A stretch of DNA of 64,000 nucleotides, taken from NCBI RefSeq assembly GCF_009834535.1, contig NC_045697.1, positions 41,852,001 through 41,916,000 of the forward strand, in the 5' to 3' direction. Position 1 is the first letter of the stretch. Each line of letters opens with the position of its first letter. Position numbers and translations under genes: made by a program. Below, piece by piece: positions 26,300-38,127 of this stretch. The stretch comes from Camelus ferus. Its lineage: Eukaryota. The notes below the pieces were generated by a model, which saw only the letters and a list, made by a program, of their open reading frames with translations, searched no databases and was not told the DNA's origin.

Positions 26300-26760
26300 A
26301 TTTTGTTTATTTACTTTTAGAATAGGTAACACATTCTTTTTGTTGTTGTTGTTTTGTTTTGGGAGAGGAGGTAATGAGGGTTATTTATTTATTTATTTTT
26401 AGAGGCGGTACTAGGGATTGAACCCAGGACTCTGTGTATGCTAAACATGCGCTCTACCACTTGAGCTATACCTTCCCCTGAAACATGTTCTTATGATTAA
26501 AAAATCATAAGATACAAAAGGCTATTCTATGAAGAGTCTCCCTTCTACCCGTCTCCTGCCATCCAGTTGTCCTTCCCAGCAGCAATCAGACAGTCAATGA
26601 TGTCAGTTTCTGTTAAATTCTGCCAGAGGTATTTTCTGCATATATAAGCAATCATGAATATATATTACTACCACCACTTCTTACAGGAACAACAGTATGC
26701 AATATACATTGTTTAGGACCTTGCTTTTTCATTAACAATAGATCTTGAAGATCATGCTGT
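26300..26760 (-). mobile_element. Old L1 3' end (L1MC5-like), interrupted by a SINE
   Basis: aataggtaacacatt...[SINE]...gatacaaaagg...gagtctccct...ccagaggtattttctgcatatataagca...accttgctttttcattaacaatagatcttgaagatc. Confidence 0.75.
26339..26478 (-). mobile_element. tRNA-derived SINE of camelid type (Vic-1-like)
   Basis: Minus strand ggggaaggtatagctcaagtggtagagcgcatg...cctgggttcaatccctagtacc with A box and B box, then (AAAT)n, a C-rich spacer and an (AAC)n/A tail; TSD aacacattctt / aacatgttctt. Confidence 0.9.
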
Positions 26761-29099
26761 AGCAAAGATGTGTTTTGACACTCACTGGATCCCCCTTGTT
26801 CTAGTGGTATCATATTTAACTGAAGAACAAGCAAAAAAAAAAAAAACAAAAAACAGAGTTAATCTATTGTGAAGCCTATAATGGCATACATAACACATGG
26901 CAAAGTGAAAAAGCTGCTTTCTTTCATTCCCAACCCATTTTATTTCTGAAGAAAGGGTAAAAAATCAACCACAATCAGAATTATTATTATTATTATTTTT
27001 AAATTTAGAAACTATTGCAGTGATCTTTCAATGAAATAAAAATCTACTGTCAAAGCTTTCAATTACCTCTCAAGTCCCCATGTAAGACCCTCTTTGACAA
27101 CTTAGACGATGTGGGTTTTACTGTACGGGCTGGGAGTAGTTTCCTTAAACCTAGGCAAGATACTTTTTGTTGGGGGAAATATTCAGTTTCAAGTTCTAAA
27201 TTTTCTGTTAGATTTATCTAGATTCTAAAGTAAATGTGAATTAGTGTTTTGGGAACTTAATGGATTTTATAAAAAATAATCTTAAGTTCAAGATATTGCT
27301 TTCAAACTTAAAAACCCCATGAACCTATATTCAATAGAAACAGCCAGGTTTATTTTAATTAGTTATTACTATCCAATAATCATGTTGTGAAGAAGATACG
27401 AATATGAATTTTTGGAAAGGTGAGAAATTCTCATTTACTTGAAGCTCTGATCTTTTTTATGGAAAATACACTTATTATAAAAGAAAATACTAATTATATC
27501 ACAAGTTTTTATTTCTCTATACATATATATTTGGCACAGAAGAGTGATATGAGTATATTTGAAATAAGATGCTAAAATCAATTTTGCATGTAATACATGT
27601 GTTGATTTTTCTCTAGATCTTCCTGATGATTTTGAACTTAGCCACATGATAATAAAACATGTGAAGATTGTTTTTTTCCAATCCATAAAATACTTGTTCT
27701 TCATTGGAGTTAAATCATCATCATTAACATTTTCTATTTTTATTACAATGATCAGTGAGATGAAATGATAACGTTTAAGTAATGGCAGCAGAAAAAAGAA
27801 ATTTTAGTGTAGAAACAAACCTAGAAATTTCATCATGAAGAGCAAGCAGCATGAATATGAGGAGTGGATGTGGTGGGTAATAGGGCACCCTCCCTGCACG
27901 CCAAGTCTCTCTGGACTGGGCACTTCATTGCCCTTGACTAGGACTCTGTGTGCATCACCTATATGCATCAGTATCCAGATCTCACGTTCTGGGGCGAACT
28001 CCCTCCCCTCCAGGATGAGGAATAATGGGGAAGCAACTGCCATAGGAAAGGGATGCTTTCAAATTCACATAATTAGAATTTTTTTTATTAAAAATGTTTT
28101 GTAGCACTTACAATTCAGCATCTTGAGATAAAGCCTTTTTAAGCCACACTAGTTACATCTCTAGACATTATTTCAAATGCTGCCATTTTTAATAACCCAC
28201 AAACTTCTCAAAGAACACATAAATATCATAGGCTCTCAGCCTTAGAAAAGTTGCTGGTGGCCACGTAGTTCAAATTCCTTATTATTAATTTAAAATATAG
28301 ACTGAACAATATTCTTTTCCTGTCCACTATAATAAACCCTCAATATCAGAAGAGAAATGTTCCAAACCTTTCATGAATATGGAAATGTTTACACAGGTAC
28401 TACACGTCATGAACCTTCAGATTCACTCATGAAAAGTAAAACCCACAAAGTAAGCACTGAGGAGGCATTGGCTACTAAATACATTACCTTCAGCCTCTCC
28501 TCTCTGTGCTACTAATTTCAATAACATTTAATTTTTGTGACAACACCTCAAATTTCCAGTGAACATTTGTTATAATAATTTTATAGCTTGATAACTAAAA
28601 GAGAAAGGACATTCCAGAAACATTTTTTGTTTGTTTGTTTGACTGGGGTGAGAGAATGAAGTGTTGGTGTTGAGCCAGCTTGTGGTAAAACAATGTCATA
28701 TTTTCATTAGGATTATTTATTACATTTGGAGAGCAGCGCACTGCTAGGAAAGATGAGCTAAGAGAAGTTGGAGGACAAAAGATTCTCTCTATAATATCAT
28801 TGGAAAATTAAGTTGTGCAAAGAAAGTCCAGAAAACAAAAACGCTAAGGCCTAAAGCAGCTCACTGACTTGTCCAGGACACTCAGCCAGCTTAAGTGGGG
28901 GAACCTTGCATAGTAATGCAGGCGTCTGGCCCCACGATCCACGCTGCTGACGCCAGTGCTAAATTGCAACATGCATTTTGAAGCATATGCCACTTAGCTC
29001 TGTATTGATGCATATGGCTGTACTTCGCTTTAATTATAATCAAGAGCAAAATGGATAGCAGGCTATTAGCACCACGGCCTTGCAGATCTCTAGCCGTAC

Positions 29100-29190
29100 C
29101 CAAGATATTATCCCGGTTATTTCACGTGTGAAGAAATTCAATCATACAAAGGTTAAGGGCATTTCTCAAAGTCACAGAGCTGTTTTGTGC
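29100..29190 (-). mobile_element. MIR fragment
   Basis: attatccc...gaagaaatt...aggttaagggcatttctcaaagtcacagagct. Confidence 0.55.
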
Positions 29191-29282
29191 TGAAAGTTAA
29201 AGATGAAGAAGATATTGTCTAACCAAGTTGGCAATTTACCTATATGAAAGGCAAGGCTGAGATTTTTAAAGACTAATTTTCA

Positions 29283-29510
29283 GTAATATTGTCTGCCATT
29301 TATTGGGCGTTGGTTATGTTCCAAGGGCTTAACGTACATTTTTATTATTCTCCTAATAGCCTGGAAAGCCAGACTCTCATTTTATCTCATTATATAATCC
29401 TCATGTTACAGATGAGGAAATTGGGTCTCAAAAATTTAAGTAGGTTGCCCCAAATTACATACCTAGCAGGTGATGAATAAGGATTTGACTGTAAAGAACA
29501 TGCACTTTCA
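29283..29510 (-). mobile_element. MIR SINE
   Basis: ccatttattgggcgttggttatgttcca...ttacagatgaggaaattgggtctcaaaaatttaagtaggttgcccc...ggatttga. Confidence 0.85.
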
Positions 29511-31379
29511 AATATACCTTGGGGGAACCCCAACTGATATTTCAGTGGCAGGGTTTGACTACAGGAGGAAATCCCAGAGCTAGGCACACATGTTCCTTAC
29601 CATCTGTCTGTCCCTCCTCCCCTCATTTCGCTGACCCACCTCTACCACTATGACTCCTCTGATCTGGAAAACCCCATCTTGCCATTCCACTAAGAGTTTC
29701 CTTTATCTCCTAAACTTGCTTCACAAGAATATTCAGTGGCCCAGAAACTTTACACAATGATAAAGATGTTAGAACTAAGCACTGAGGGTCCTGAAGTAGA
29801 TTCTGTACCTGAAAAAGGCAGTGTGGGGGGCGGGGGGGATGGGTGATAAAGGATGTTAAAATTTTACATGTATAAATATATTCAGTTGCACTGTAACATT
29901 CTGGAAATGACTAAGGCATGAATTGAATAAGGTAATTCTCTGTGTTACCTGGAATATTTATTTGATGAACCATGTGAATAATTCATTTACTGGCTCTGCT
30001 GTTAATCCTTGGATATGAATCTCTATATAACTAGCTAGATATGATTGTTCCTTTTCTTAATTTTAAATAATATCTTTACTCTCACTTGTCTTCAAATGGA
30101 AAGGCTTATTTGTTTTTTAATTTAAACTTCTTTCAGTACCTCATGGAGAAACCCTCAGATTGTTAATAATGCTGACAGTGGTGGCTAGATATAGGTCAAG
30201 AAATGTTTATAGTGATGAATAGAGAAACTGTCTTTGATCCTGTTTGTAAAAGTATGAATAGAATGTCCTTCTGTCCTAAGCCAGTTAACACTGGGGCTGG
30301 CGTCTCTCACTGTTGACCCAAAACTTGAACAGGGTGTCAGTAATGATTTACTACCCAAGGCTTATGACAGCTACTCACCTTAAATCTGATGAAAGGAGAG
30401 AGGAGCTGTGTGAATGCTTCTGCAATGACCCTTTCTATGACTTTCAGGAAAGCACAGTCTTCACTTCATATGTAGCAAAGAACTTGTTTTCTGTCTATAG
30501 ATTAATCCTCCAAATCATCTATCTTCTCTCATCAAAGAAAACTTTCCCTTTTCTCAACTGCTCTTTATTTTGAATCTTTTTCTCTCATAATTAAAGCAGA
30601 CAATTACTACCATATGGACATTTAGATTGCAAACTATCACCCAAAATCTCAAAACAAGACAGAGATAGAGCTGCTACATTAAGGCCAACTTTACTTCATT
30701 CTCATCTCAGAGTTCACACTCTCTGGATGATTTCTCCTGATCTTCCTTTTCTCTGATGACTTTGAGGAATAAAATGTGAGCAGAGGCAGAGGGGAGATGG
30801 GATGGAGGTAATCCCTCGGAATGACTAGAAATCTAGCTTTCAGACCACCCCTCCTGAAGCAGGCTAAGAAATGCTGGCCACCAACAACATAATTTTTTTT
30901 TTTTTTACCTGGAGAAACTCAAACGAAATACCTCTACCTGAGGCAACTGAAGGAGCATCAGAGAGAATAAAGTTCACATTAAACCAACAAAACTTGATGC
31001 ATAGCGTGGTTAAAACAGCTAGAAGGAGGCTGACTTAGAGAGCAGTGCTGCTCAGAGGTGAAGGCTCACTGGCTGGTTAGATACGAAGTCAGAATGGCAG
31101 GGTCTGAAAATGCTCACCCCTAGGACTTCATATGAGAACCTTGCTTTGTATGGATGTCTGCTACATAATTTTCTCTAAAAGATCACACTGAAACAAAAAG
31201 CATATTTTGGGAGCTGGGGGAAAAATACAAGAATGCTGGAACATCCGGTCTCTTTCATTATAAGAAGAAACAAACAACTATATAAAACTGTCAACAAGTA
31301 AATAAAAATATATATTAGGTTAGTTAGGAAAAACTCTTCTGCTCCCAAGAAAGACAGGTCAACATTGTGTTTGTAAAGG

Positions 31380-31850
31380 CCCATAGAGGGGAGAATTGGT
31401 TTGGGGCAGGGGCTGTGGAGTGGAGAGAGAGAGAGATAAAGAGAAGGGCTTACAAGGATAGAGACCAAAGTGGCTGACCTCAGGATAAGAAAATGCTGCT
31501 GGAATAGTGGTGCTTGAAACGCCCTAGGGAGATAACAGGACCAGGGGGAGAATGGCTCAGCTCTGACTCCAAGGCTAGACAAAAGCTCAAAGCTCCCGAT
31601 GATCTTGGCTCAGAAGCAACAGAACCATCCACCGTCAGGACACCGTGGCTTGGGCATCGATCGGTTCAGCCTGCTGTGGGTTAAAGACCTGAGTCCTCTC
31701 TGTGAAATATTCACACAGCCACTGTTTTGGAGGGTGAGAAAGATGAGTTGAGGAGGAACAATAATGGCTAAGACTGAATTTTTATTTCTTCAGTATCCTG
31801 GTGACTTGAATTTCAGAGTTCGACTTAAGTTGATTAGAAAAACAAAGAAT
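31380..31850. mobile_element. Possible ancient LTR fragment (Gypsy-like/LTR78-88 class)
   Basis: Purine-rich stretch ending aagactgaattt..., a pattern recalled from old mammalian LTRs; family not confidently assigned. Confidence 0.3.
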
Positions 31851-32719
31851 ACTTTGGCACTGAATCAGTTGTGGGGTAAAAATTATCCTGTGACAAATAT
31901 TTATACAATTTTACAAAATACAAAAGTCTGTCTAGCTTGAAGACACTAGTATTATCTGCAAATATCTTTCTGACTCTGGACCTCTTTGATTTGGTTAAAA
32001 AGGTAAGTATATTTGTTCTAGAAAGGATAATATAGGTCTTCTGTTGAGTTAAAAAGTGTTATCACATATGTTCTTCCCTACCACCTGAAAAATGTTTTAT
32101 TCAGATCGATGTAGAGATGATTAGAACTGGGAAAAAGACATGAAGCAAGAGCTACCTATTCTGAGATGGTCATGAGCATTCTCTTACTTACCTAATTCTT
32201 GAATTAGATTTATTCCCATTTTACAGACAGAAAATTAAAACTAGAGATTGTCCAAGTAAATTTATGAGAATAATTATAATTTAATGAAACAGCTGATGAA
32301 AAATATTCCTTAACTCCCATTTTTGTGTTTGTCTTAAGAGATATCAAGGGATTAAGTAGCAACCTTCTCTTGAATTCCTAATCCAGCCCCCAATTAAAAA
32401 AGAGTCACCGCCACGGGGAACAGTTGTTACATAACTGTGTGTGTCATTTGCCTCGGACATGTTAAGATTATTTCCTAAAGTCTTCTCTCAAATGTATGGG
32501 GAAGTAGAATGCATAATTTTAGAACATGTATTTCATGATTGTCTAACACTACTGCCAAATACAAAATGTTTTCAATAATGATCTTGCTATACAAACTAAG
32601 CTGCAACGAACTTTAACTTTCCTGGCAGAAACCATTGCTCCCTTGCTAAGAAGCCTGTGAGAGCCTCCTAGATGCACCTCTTCTCAGAATTGACTTTAAG
32701 CTTTTCCCTCACTCCCCAC

Positions 32720-32960
32720 CTTAGATGGGTGGAAGCCAAGACTGATGACTTGCAACTGATCTAATTTACCACTCCTTCTGGTCAGTAGTGAAACTTACTC
32801 AATTGGGAGGCATCAGACTGAACCAAATTGGAACCAGTTTAGTTTCTAAACCCAAGGCTTATGTTTGCTGAAGAATCTTAAAAATCTGGTCAAATAAAGC
32901 AGTTAAATGAGATAGGCTGTTGGAATGAAACAGACGCAGTGATGCATGTACGAGAGACAG
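32720..32960 (+). mobile_element. Old ERVL/MaLR LTR fragment
   Basis: cactccttctggtcagtagtga...gggagggcatcagactgaaccaaattggaaccag weakly resembles the MLT1/LTR33 cccctggccacagtgattgg...ggccaatcag block. Confidence 0.35.
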
Positions 32961-32979
32961 TAAGAGTGGGTCTGATGAA

Positions 32980-33152
32980 CAGATATTTAATCTGGGATCC
33001 AAGGATTTAGCATGAATGACCTTCAGAGAGCCTATGACACCTTCCCTGAAATCATATCCAAAATTCTCTGATTATGTGCACAAGTGAATTTTTCTGGGGA
33101 GATTATCCTGACTTTATATTAAGTTTCCAAACAGGTTTGTTAAGGACAGCTG
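32980..33152. mobile_element. hAT-Charlie-type MITE
   Basis: cagatatttaatctgggatcca...ctgaaatcatatccaaaatt...tttttctggggaga...gttaaggacagctg with cag...ctg termini. Confidence 0.55.
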
Positions 33153-33224
33153 TCAAGGGTTTGGACACTGCTAGGTTCTGGCTGACCTCTTCTTGAAGCT
33201 CAAAATTGATCAACAGGACTCTTT

Positions 33225-34060
33225 GTGGAGCACTGCAAAGTTAATGAGCGCTAATGGGGCATTAACAAAAGGCCAAAGGAAAAAATCTGAAGCTCGGGAA
33301 ATTTACATTTTAATGCTGTGGCATACCTGAGCAAAGTATCTCAAATCATAGAGCCTTCACTATTAACCCTACACAGCAGGGGAATCATTTTTGATCAAGA
33401 TAAATTTTAATATAATCCCTAATCAACACAGCGGAGGAAAGAACTTTACATCTCTCTATTCCAGATGGTGTCATTTTATCAGAGTTTCACTCCTTGGTAT
33501 GCTCAGTTAATTAAAGTCCTTACTGTTTGTTAATGGCAGATTTGTGCAGCAAAAATGACTCTGGAACAGATGTCGGCAAATTTGTCAAAGCGGCTGGATA
33601 ATCATCGTGACTGCTCTGAAGCACTACTCCATCTCAGCCACAGCAAACTCTTGCAGGACCTTTGTCTTTACTGCTTTCAAAAGGGAGGCAAGGGGAAGGG
33701 GCGGCGGTGGGGAGGGAAAAACAACAGCCAGGTCCTTGGTCAAAGTCATTCCCTTCGCAAGGAGTAATGAGCAATGAAGGCATTCCAGCAGACAGTTTCA
33801 AGTGCCAAAGTATCAAGATGATATGTTTTTATTAGATCCTCCCCATAAGTCTCACCACCAGCTCCCTAATCCACTTGCATTCACACTTGCTGTAAACGTG
33901 CAGCTCAAATAAACTTTTATCTCATATCTTTGTTCTTGTTTTGTCAGCATACGTCTACAACTAAAATGGCAGCCTGTTATAACCAGAGATTAAAAGAAAA
34001 GGAAATAATCAGAAGCCAATGATTAGCACAAAAAATAACCGAAATTATGGCAGGTAACTT
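33225..34060. promoter_or_regulatory. Candidate conserved non-coding element / developmental enhancer
   Basis: About 0.8 kb with no recognisable repeat, dense in TAAT/ATTA cores: TAATCC (33413, 33867), TTAATTAA (33507), CAGATGG+TGTCA (33462-33473), CCTTTGT (33659), AAAATGGCAGC (33963). Confidence 0.45.
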
Positions 34061-34377
34061 GTTTCATCTCCAAAGCTCTTTGGATCTTTGAACTCAAAAT
34101 TGCAAAAGGTGAGCTTTAAATATTGTCTATCCTTTGGCAATTTCAGAGCACCATATATAGTGAATGCCTTCAAGAGGAAAACCCCAAAAAGGGTTAAAAC
34201 AGACAGCTTTCACTAGAATAAGATAAAATAAAATGGTTTGAAAAATATGCTCTGTAGAGATGCCACATCTCTTAAAAAAAAACTTGAAGTCTCTTAGAAA
34301 TCCATCAATTTGTGATATAATGATGAAAAAAGCTTTTTCTGGTCTAGTAATTTGATTTGTATTTCTAAGCTGCCTAC

Positions 34378-34380
<3 letters not shown>

Positions 34381-34408
<28 letters not shown>
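34381..34408 (+). repeat. (TG)14 microsatellite
   Basis: Read directly; abuts the SINE 3' end. Confidence 0.95.
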
Positions 34409-34411
<3 letters not shown>

Positions 34412-34490
34412 AATGGAGGTACTGGGGGTTGAACCCGGGACCTTGGGCATGCTAAGCATGTGCTCTATCACTGAGCCATACAACTCCCCC
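34409..34490 (-). mobile_element. Short tRNA-Ala-derived SINE of camelid type
   Basis: Minus strand ggggagttgtatggctcagtgatagagcacatgcttagcatgcccaaggtcccgggttcaacccccagtacctccattaaa: A box, AGC anticodon arm remnant, B box. Confidence 0.9.
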
Positions 34491-36857
34491 TCCGTGTGTG
34501 CGTTTTAAATAAACCAAATTCACTTATGTACTGTTGGGTAGTATTACCTAGTTCTTTTAAAGAAAAAACAAATTATCTCCTTTCTGTTAAATTATAACGT
34601 GTTCTTCAGTGATTCATTAAAAAATCTTGTTTTACATAAAATTTTATATCTAAATTTTACATAGGATGTTATATTTCTGTATATATTTATTGCAGCTATT
34701 GATGGACATACAGGAAAGATGTTATATAAGACCAATTATAAAGATGAGAAAGAGTTGCTGTAAAGAAACACTAAATCATTTGCCAGCATTACTGGGGCTG
34801 AACAACAACCAGACCTTGAGTGGCTTCAATATCAAACTTTTTTTTTTTTTTTATTATAAAGCTCTACGAAACTTGAAAGGTTTTCCTAAATCTAATAGTA
34901 TATATAGTCCTACTCCATAAAATCCTATTCAAAGAATTTTTCTATTTATCAAAATAGTTTCTTTCTGGGATTGGAAATAGACCATTTACATCTAAATGAA
35001 AACATTTAGAACCATTAGGAGCCTCTTACTTCAAAGAAAATATGCAAAGATCCATGGCACCCTGTTTTCAAAGTCACTTTATATGACCCCCCTACCCCCC
35101 GCGTTAGGGTGCACAGTAAATCACACAGAAAAAAGGTGTGAGCCGCCTTTTAAATAACCAATTTGGGCAAATGGCAGGGGATACTGTCCTTTAAATTTTA
35201 GAAACAGAAGAATCTCTTAACATTTAAAAAGTTTTGGAGGCAAATTAAACTTCAAGCCCTCAACACATAAGGAAATATATGCAAACCTAAAGTGAAAAAA
35301 AAAAAAAAAAAGAGAGAGAAAAGGCAAGATGAGCAACATAAAAAGGACATACAAATGGTTCTAAGGTGCAGGTGTGAAAGTGTTGTCCTAGTTCCCTGGT
35401 GATCTAGTGAAAGATTCCTGTCTCTCCTCCTCTTCACCACAAGTGGGAGGATGCCCTGGAAGGGATCCACCTAAGACAGCAAACAAATTAAGCTCTGTTT
35501 TAGTTAGAAAAATGTAACCAGCAGTTAAGCACACTTTTCTATAGCTCTAGTATTTTCTAGTACTTAGAAAACTCTAGTCATGGGAAGCTAGAAGGTGACT
35601 GTCAGTATCCATGGGTTTGCCTCAGTCTAGCACAGACAGCAGATCCAGGTGCTGCATCTTAGTATTCCAAAGTTTAGATGACTATATCTTCAAAGTACAG
35701 TGCTACCAACTGCACTTCCCGCTGTGCATCGGAAACTTACTCGCCTTAACATATCATTTGCTTTTACCTTCACTAAGTTTTTTTTTTTAAATAATTATTA
35801 TTGTTTTGCAAACGTGGAAGCAGGAATTCATGAGTGTTCAGTAACTTCCACGAGTGTTGCCAAAATCAGGAATTCCAAAGCAAGTCAGTGTAACTCAGAC
35901 TCCCTGATATTTTACATTTCAATGTGCTGCCTATTGAAACTATCTTGATTTGCCATAAAAATTATTTCTCAACCTGGACATTAGCTACTTTAAATCTGAC
36001 CGTCTTGACTTCTTCCATTGAAAACAAGTATTGTTATTCTTTATTCATCATTTATAAATAAGCCAATAATCATGAAGTTTGACTATTTCTCTGGACATTT
36101 GCTTGTTTAGTCCTTAAGCTGAACTCTTACATTTTCTATTGCTTAGAGATGAGTACCTGAAAAGTCATTACTTAACTCAAAACTCTTTCTTGCTTTAAAA
36201 CTGATGTGCTCAGTGAAGTGGGAGGAACTATCTTCTTTGAGAACATTTTACATAGGTGGTACACGTAAATGTTATCTTAACTGGTCTTTACAAACTTTAA
36301 AAAAAAAGTATTAGGAGGTTCTGAGAAGTTAAGTAATTTGATTAGGTACCTGTCGCTACTGGTGGAAACCCTTGGAAGTCTTGAAGCCAATGCTATCAGT
36401 TCTCATCCATTGTCCACAAAAGAGTTCTAGTTAATAGATTTTATTTATTTCAATCTATTGTATGTGCAAGTCTAATAATTCTACATGTGATACATTTCAT
36501 AGAACTATGAAATGTTCATCCCTACTGTAAATGGCTTAGTCTAATTATTAGACTTACACATACACTGAGAAATGCAAAGACAATGATTTTACTGGTAAGA
36601 GGATTCATTCTAACTTTCCTTTTTCCTTGTTTGCATGTTTTAAAATTGTTTTTGTTGCTTTTTTTGCCTGCTATTATTAAAACACCGGTGATTTTTGGAA
36701 TAAATCGAATAAGTACCAATTTGCTTTTTATTTATTATATACCCAAACAAATGATTAATAATTACTTCTGTCACTGTGAAGAAATAAAAAATTGAAAGTG
36801 AACTGATTTTCATTTTCCTGATTCATTATCAGAAATCCAGCCTTGATTTACTATTAC

Positions 36858-37432
36858 TTTTAATCATTATTTTGAAATAAATTTACCCTTGCATAGGAAG
36901 TTGCAAAAATCATACAGAGATTTCCCATGTGCCCTTTATCCAGCTTCCCCTAGAGAGAAACATCTTTGAAAACTATAGTAAAATGATAAAAACCAGAAAA
37001 TTAACATGAGTACAACATCATTCACAAAAACAGAGAACTTACTGGTGCTTTGCCAGGTTTTACATGCATTCATTTTGGGGGTGGGGCAGGTAGTAGAGTA
37101 TAGTTCTGTGAAATGTATCACCTGTATTGATTTGTGGAACCACCATGGTAACAGTCCCATCACCCCAAAGAAACTCCTTCATGCTACCCCTTTATAGTCA
37201 CATCCTCTCCCTCAACTCCTGGCGATCACAGCGCAGTTCTCCATCAGTATAATTGTGTCATACAATTCAAGACTGTTATATAAAATGGAATCACCCTGTA
37301 GGCAGCCTTTTGAGATTGGCTTTGTCTTTTTTACTCAGCATAATGCCTTTAAAATCCACCCCAACTTTTGTGTATGTCATTAGCTCATTCCTTTTTTTTC
37401 TGAGTTGTACTAGATGGAACATGCACCATATG
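36858..37432 (-). mobile_element. Old L1 3' end (L1MD/MC-like)
   Basis: ggaagttgcaaaaatcatacagagatttcccatgtgccctttatccagcttcccc...tgttatataaaatggaatca...ttttgagattggctt...tactcagcataatgcc...tagctcattcctttt. Confidence 0.88.
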
Positions 37433-37449
37433 TAACGCTCTAGCTGAGA

Positions 37450-37720
37450 GAGTGTTTAGTTAAGTAGACATAGCCTCTCAGCTTTGAAAAAGGTTGCATC
37501 TTATAAGTTTTGGATTCCGTTTTAACAGAAATCCTGGGTTCAGAAAGACTTAATTCAGACACTAGCACTTTTTCTTCTTAGTAGTAAACTCAAGCCTCTT
37601 GACTAAACTAGATCGTCTAAACTTCATGCTCTAGAACGTCGTAAAAATGATTTTAAAAAATGAAGACGCTCAAAAGGACATAAGGTACATTTTTAAGGCA
37701 TTCAATAAATTCGGAAGTTT
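37450..37720 (+). mobile_element. MIR SINE, degenerate
   Basis: acagaaatcctgggttc...aggcattcaataaat. Confidence 0.45.
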
Positions 37721-37853
37721 TACTCTTCAGCCAGTACCCCTATTTATTAAAAGTTGTTTGGGCCCATCCAGCACCACCTGCCTTAGTCTGGTAATGACAC
37801 TCTGATGAGGCTAAGGGTAAGGGCAACAGGAACATAATGCTAGATGGGGGGAA

Positions 37854-37854
<1 letters not shown>

Positions 37855-37880
<26 letters not shown>
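37855..37880 (+). repeat. (CA)13 microsatellite
   Basis: Read directly from the sequence. Confidence 0.95.
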
Positions 37881-37884
<4 letters not shown>

Positions 37885-38127
37885 CCAGCCACGCTGATTT
37901 GGGGATGGCACATGGTTGGACAACAATGAGTCAACAATTCTCAATAATGGGATTTTTGTTACAATCGCTGAGAAGAGAAGCTCTTTGGCTGCTGAGTTCC
38001 TGAGTTCATTGTACCACAACATGGAGGCTGCCAACCTAGAATGAAGCCACCCCAGAGGAAAGCAACACTGAGAAATGGAAAACAAGCAATCCCGCCGACA
38101 TCAGTCACATCTTTGGATCTCACCGTG

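Noticed and set aside
31175..31582. 135-aa hydrophobic minus-strand ORF
   Set aside because: Non-ATG start, pyrimidine-biased strand and overlap with a probable old LTR fragment.
34409..34490. tRNA-Ala(AGC)-like sequence as a true tRNA gene (also 26400-26478)
   Set aside because: Stems are disrupted and the copies have SINE-type tails and TSDs; better explained as tRNA-derived SINEs.
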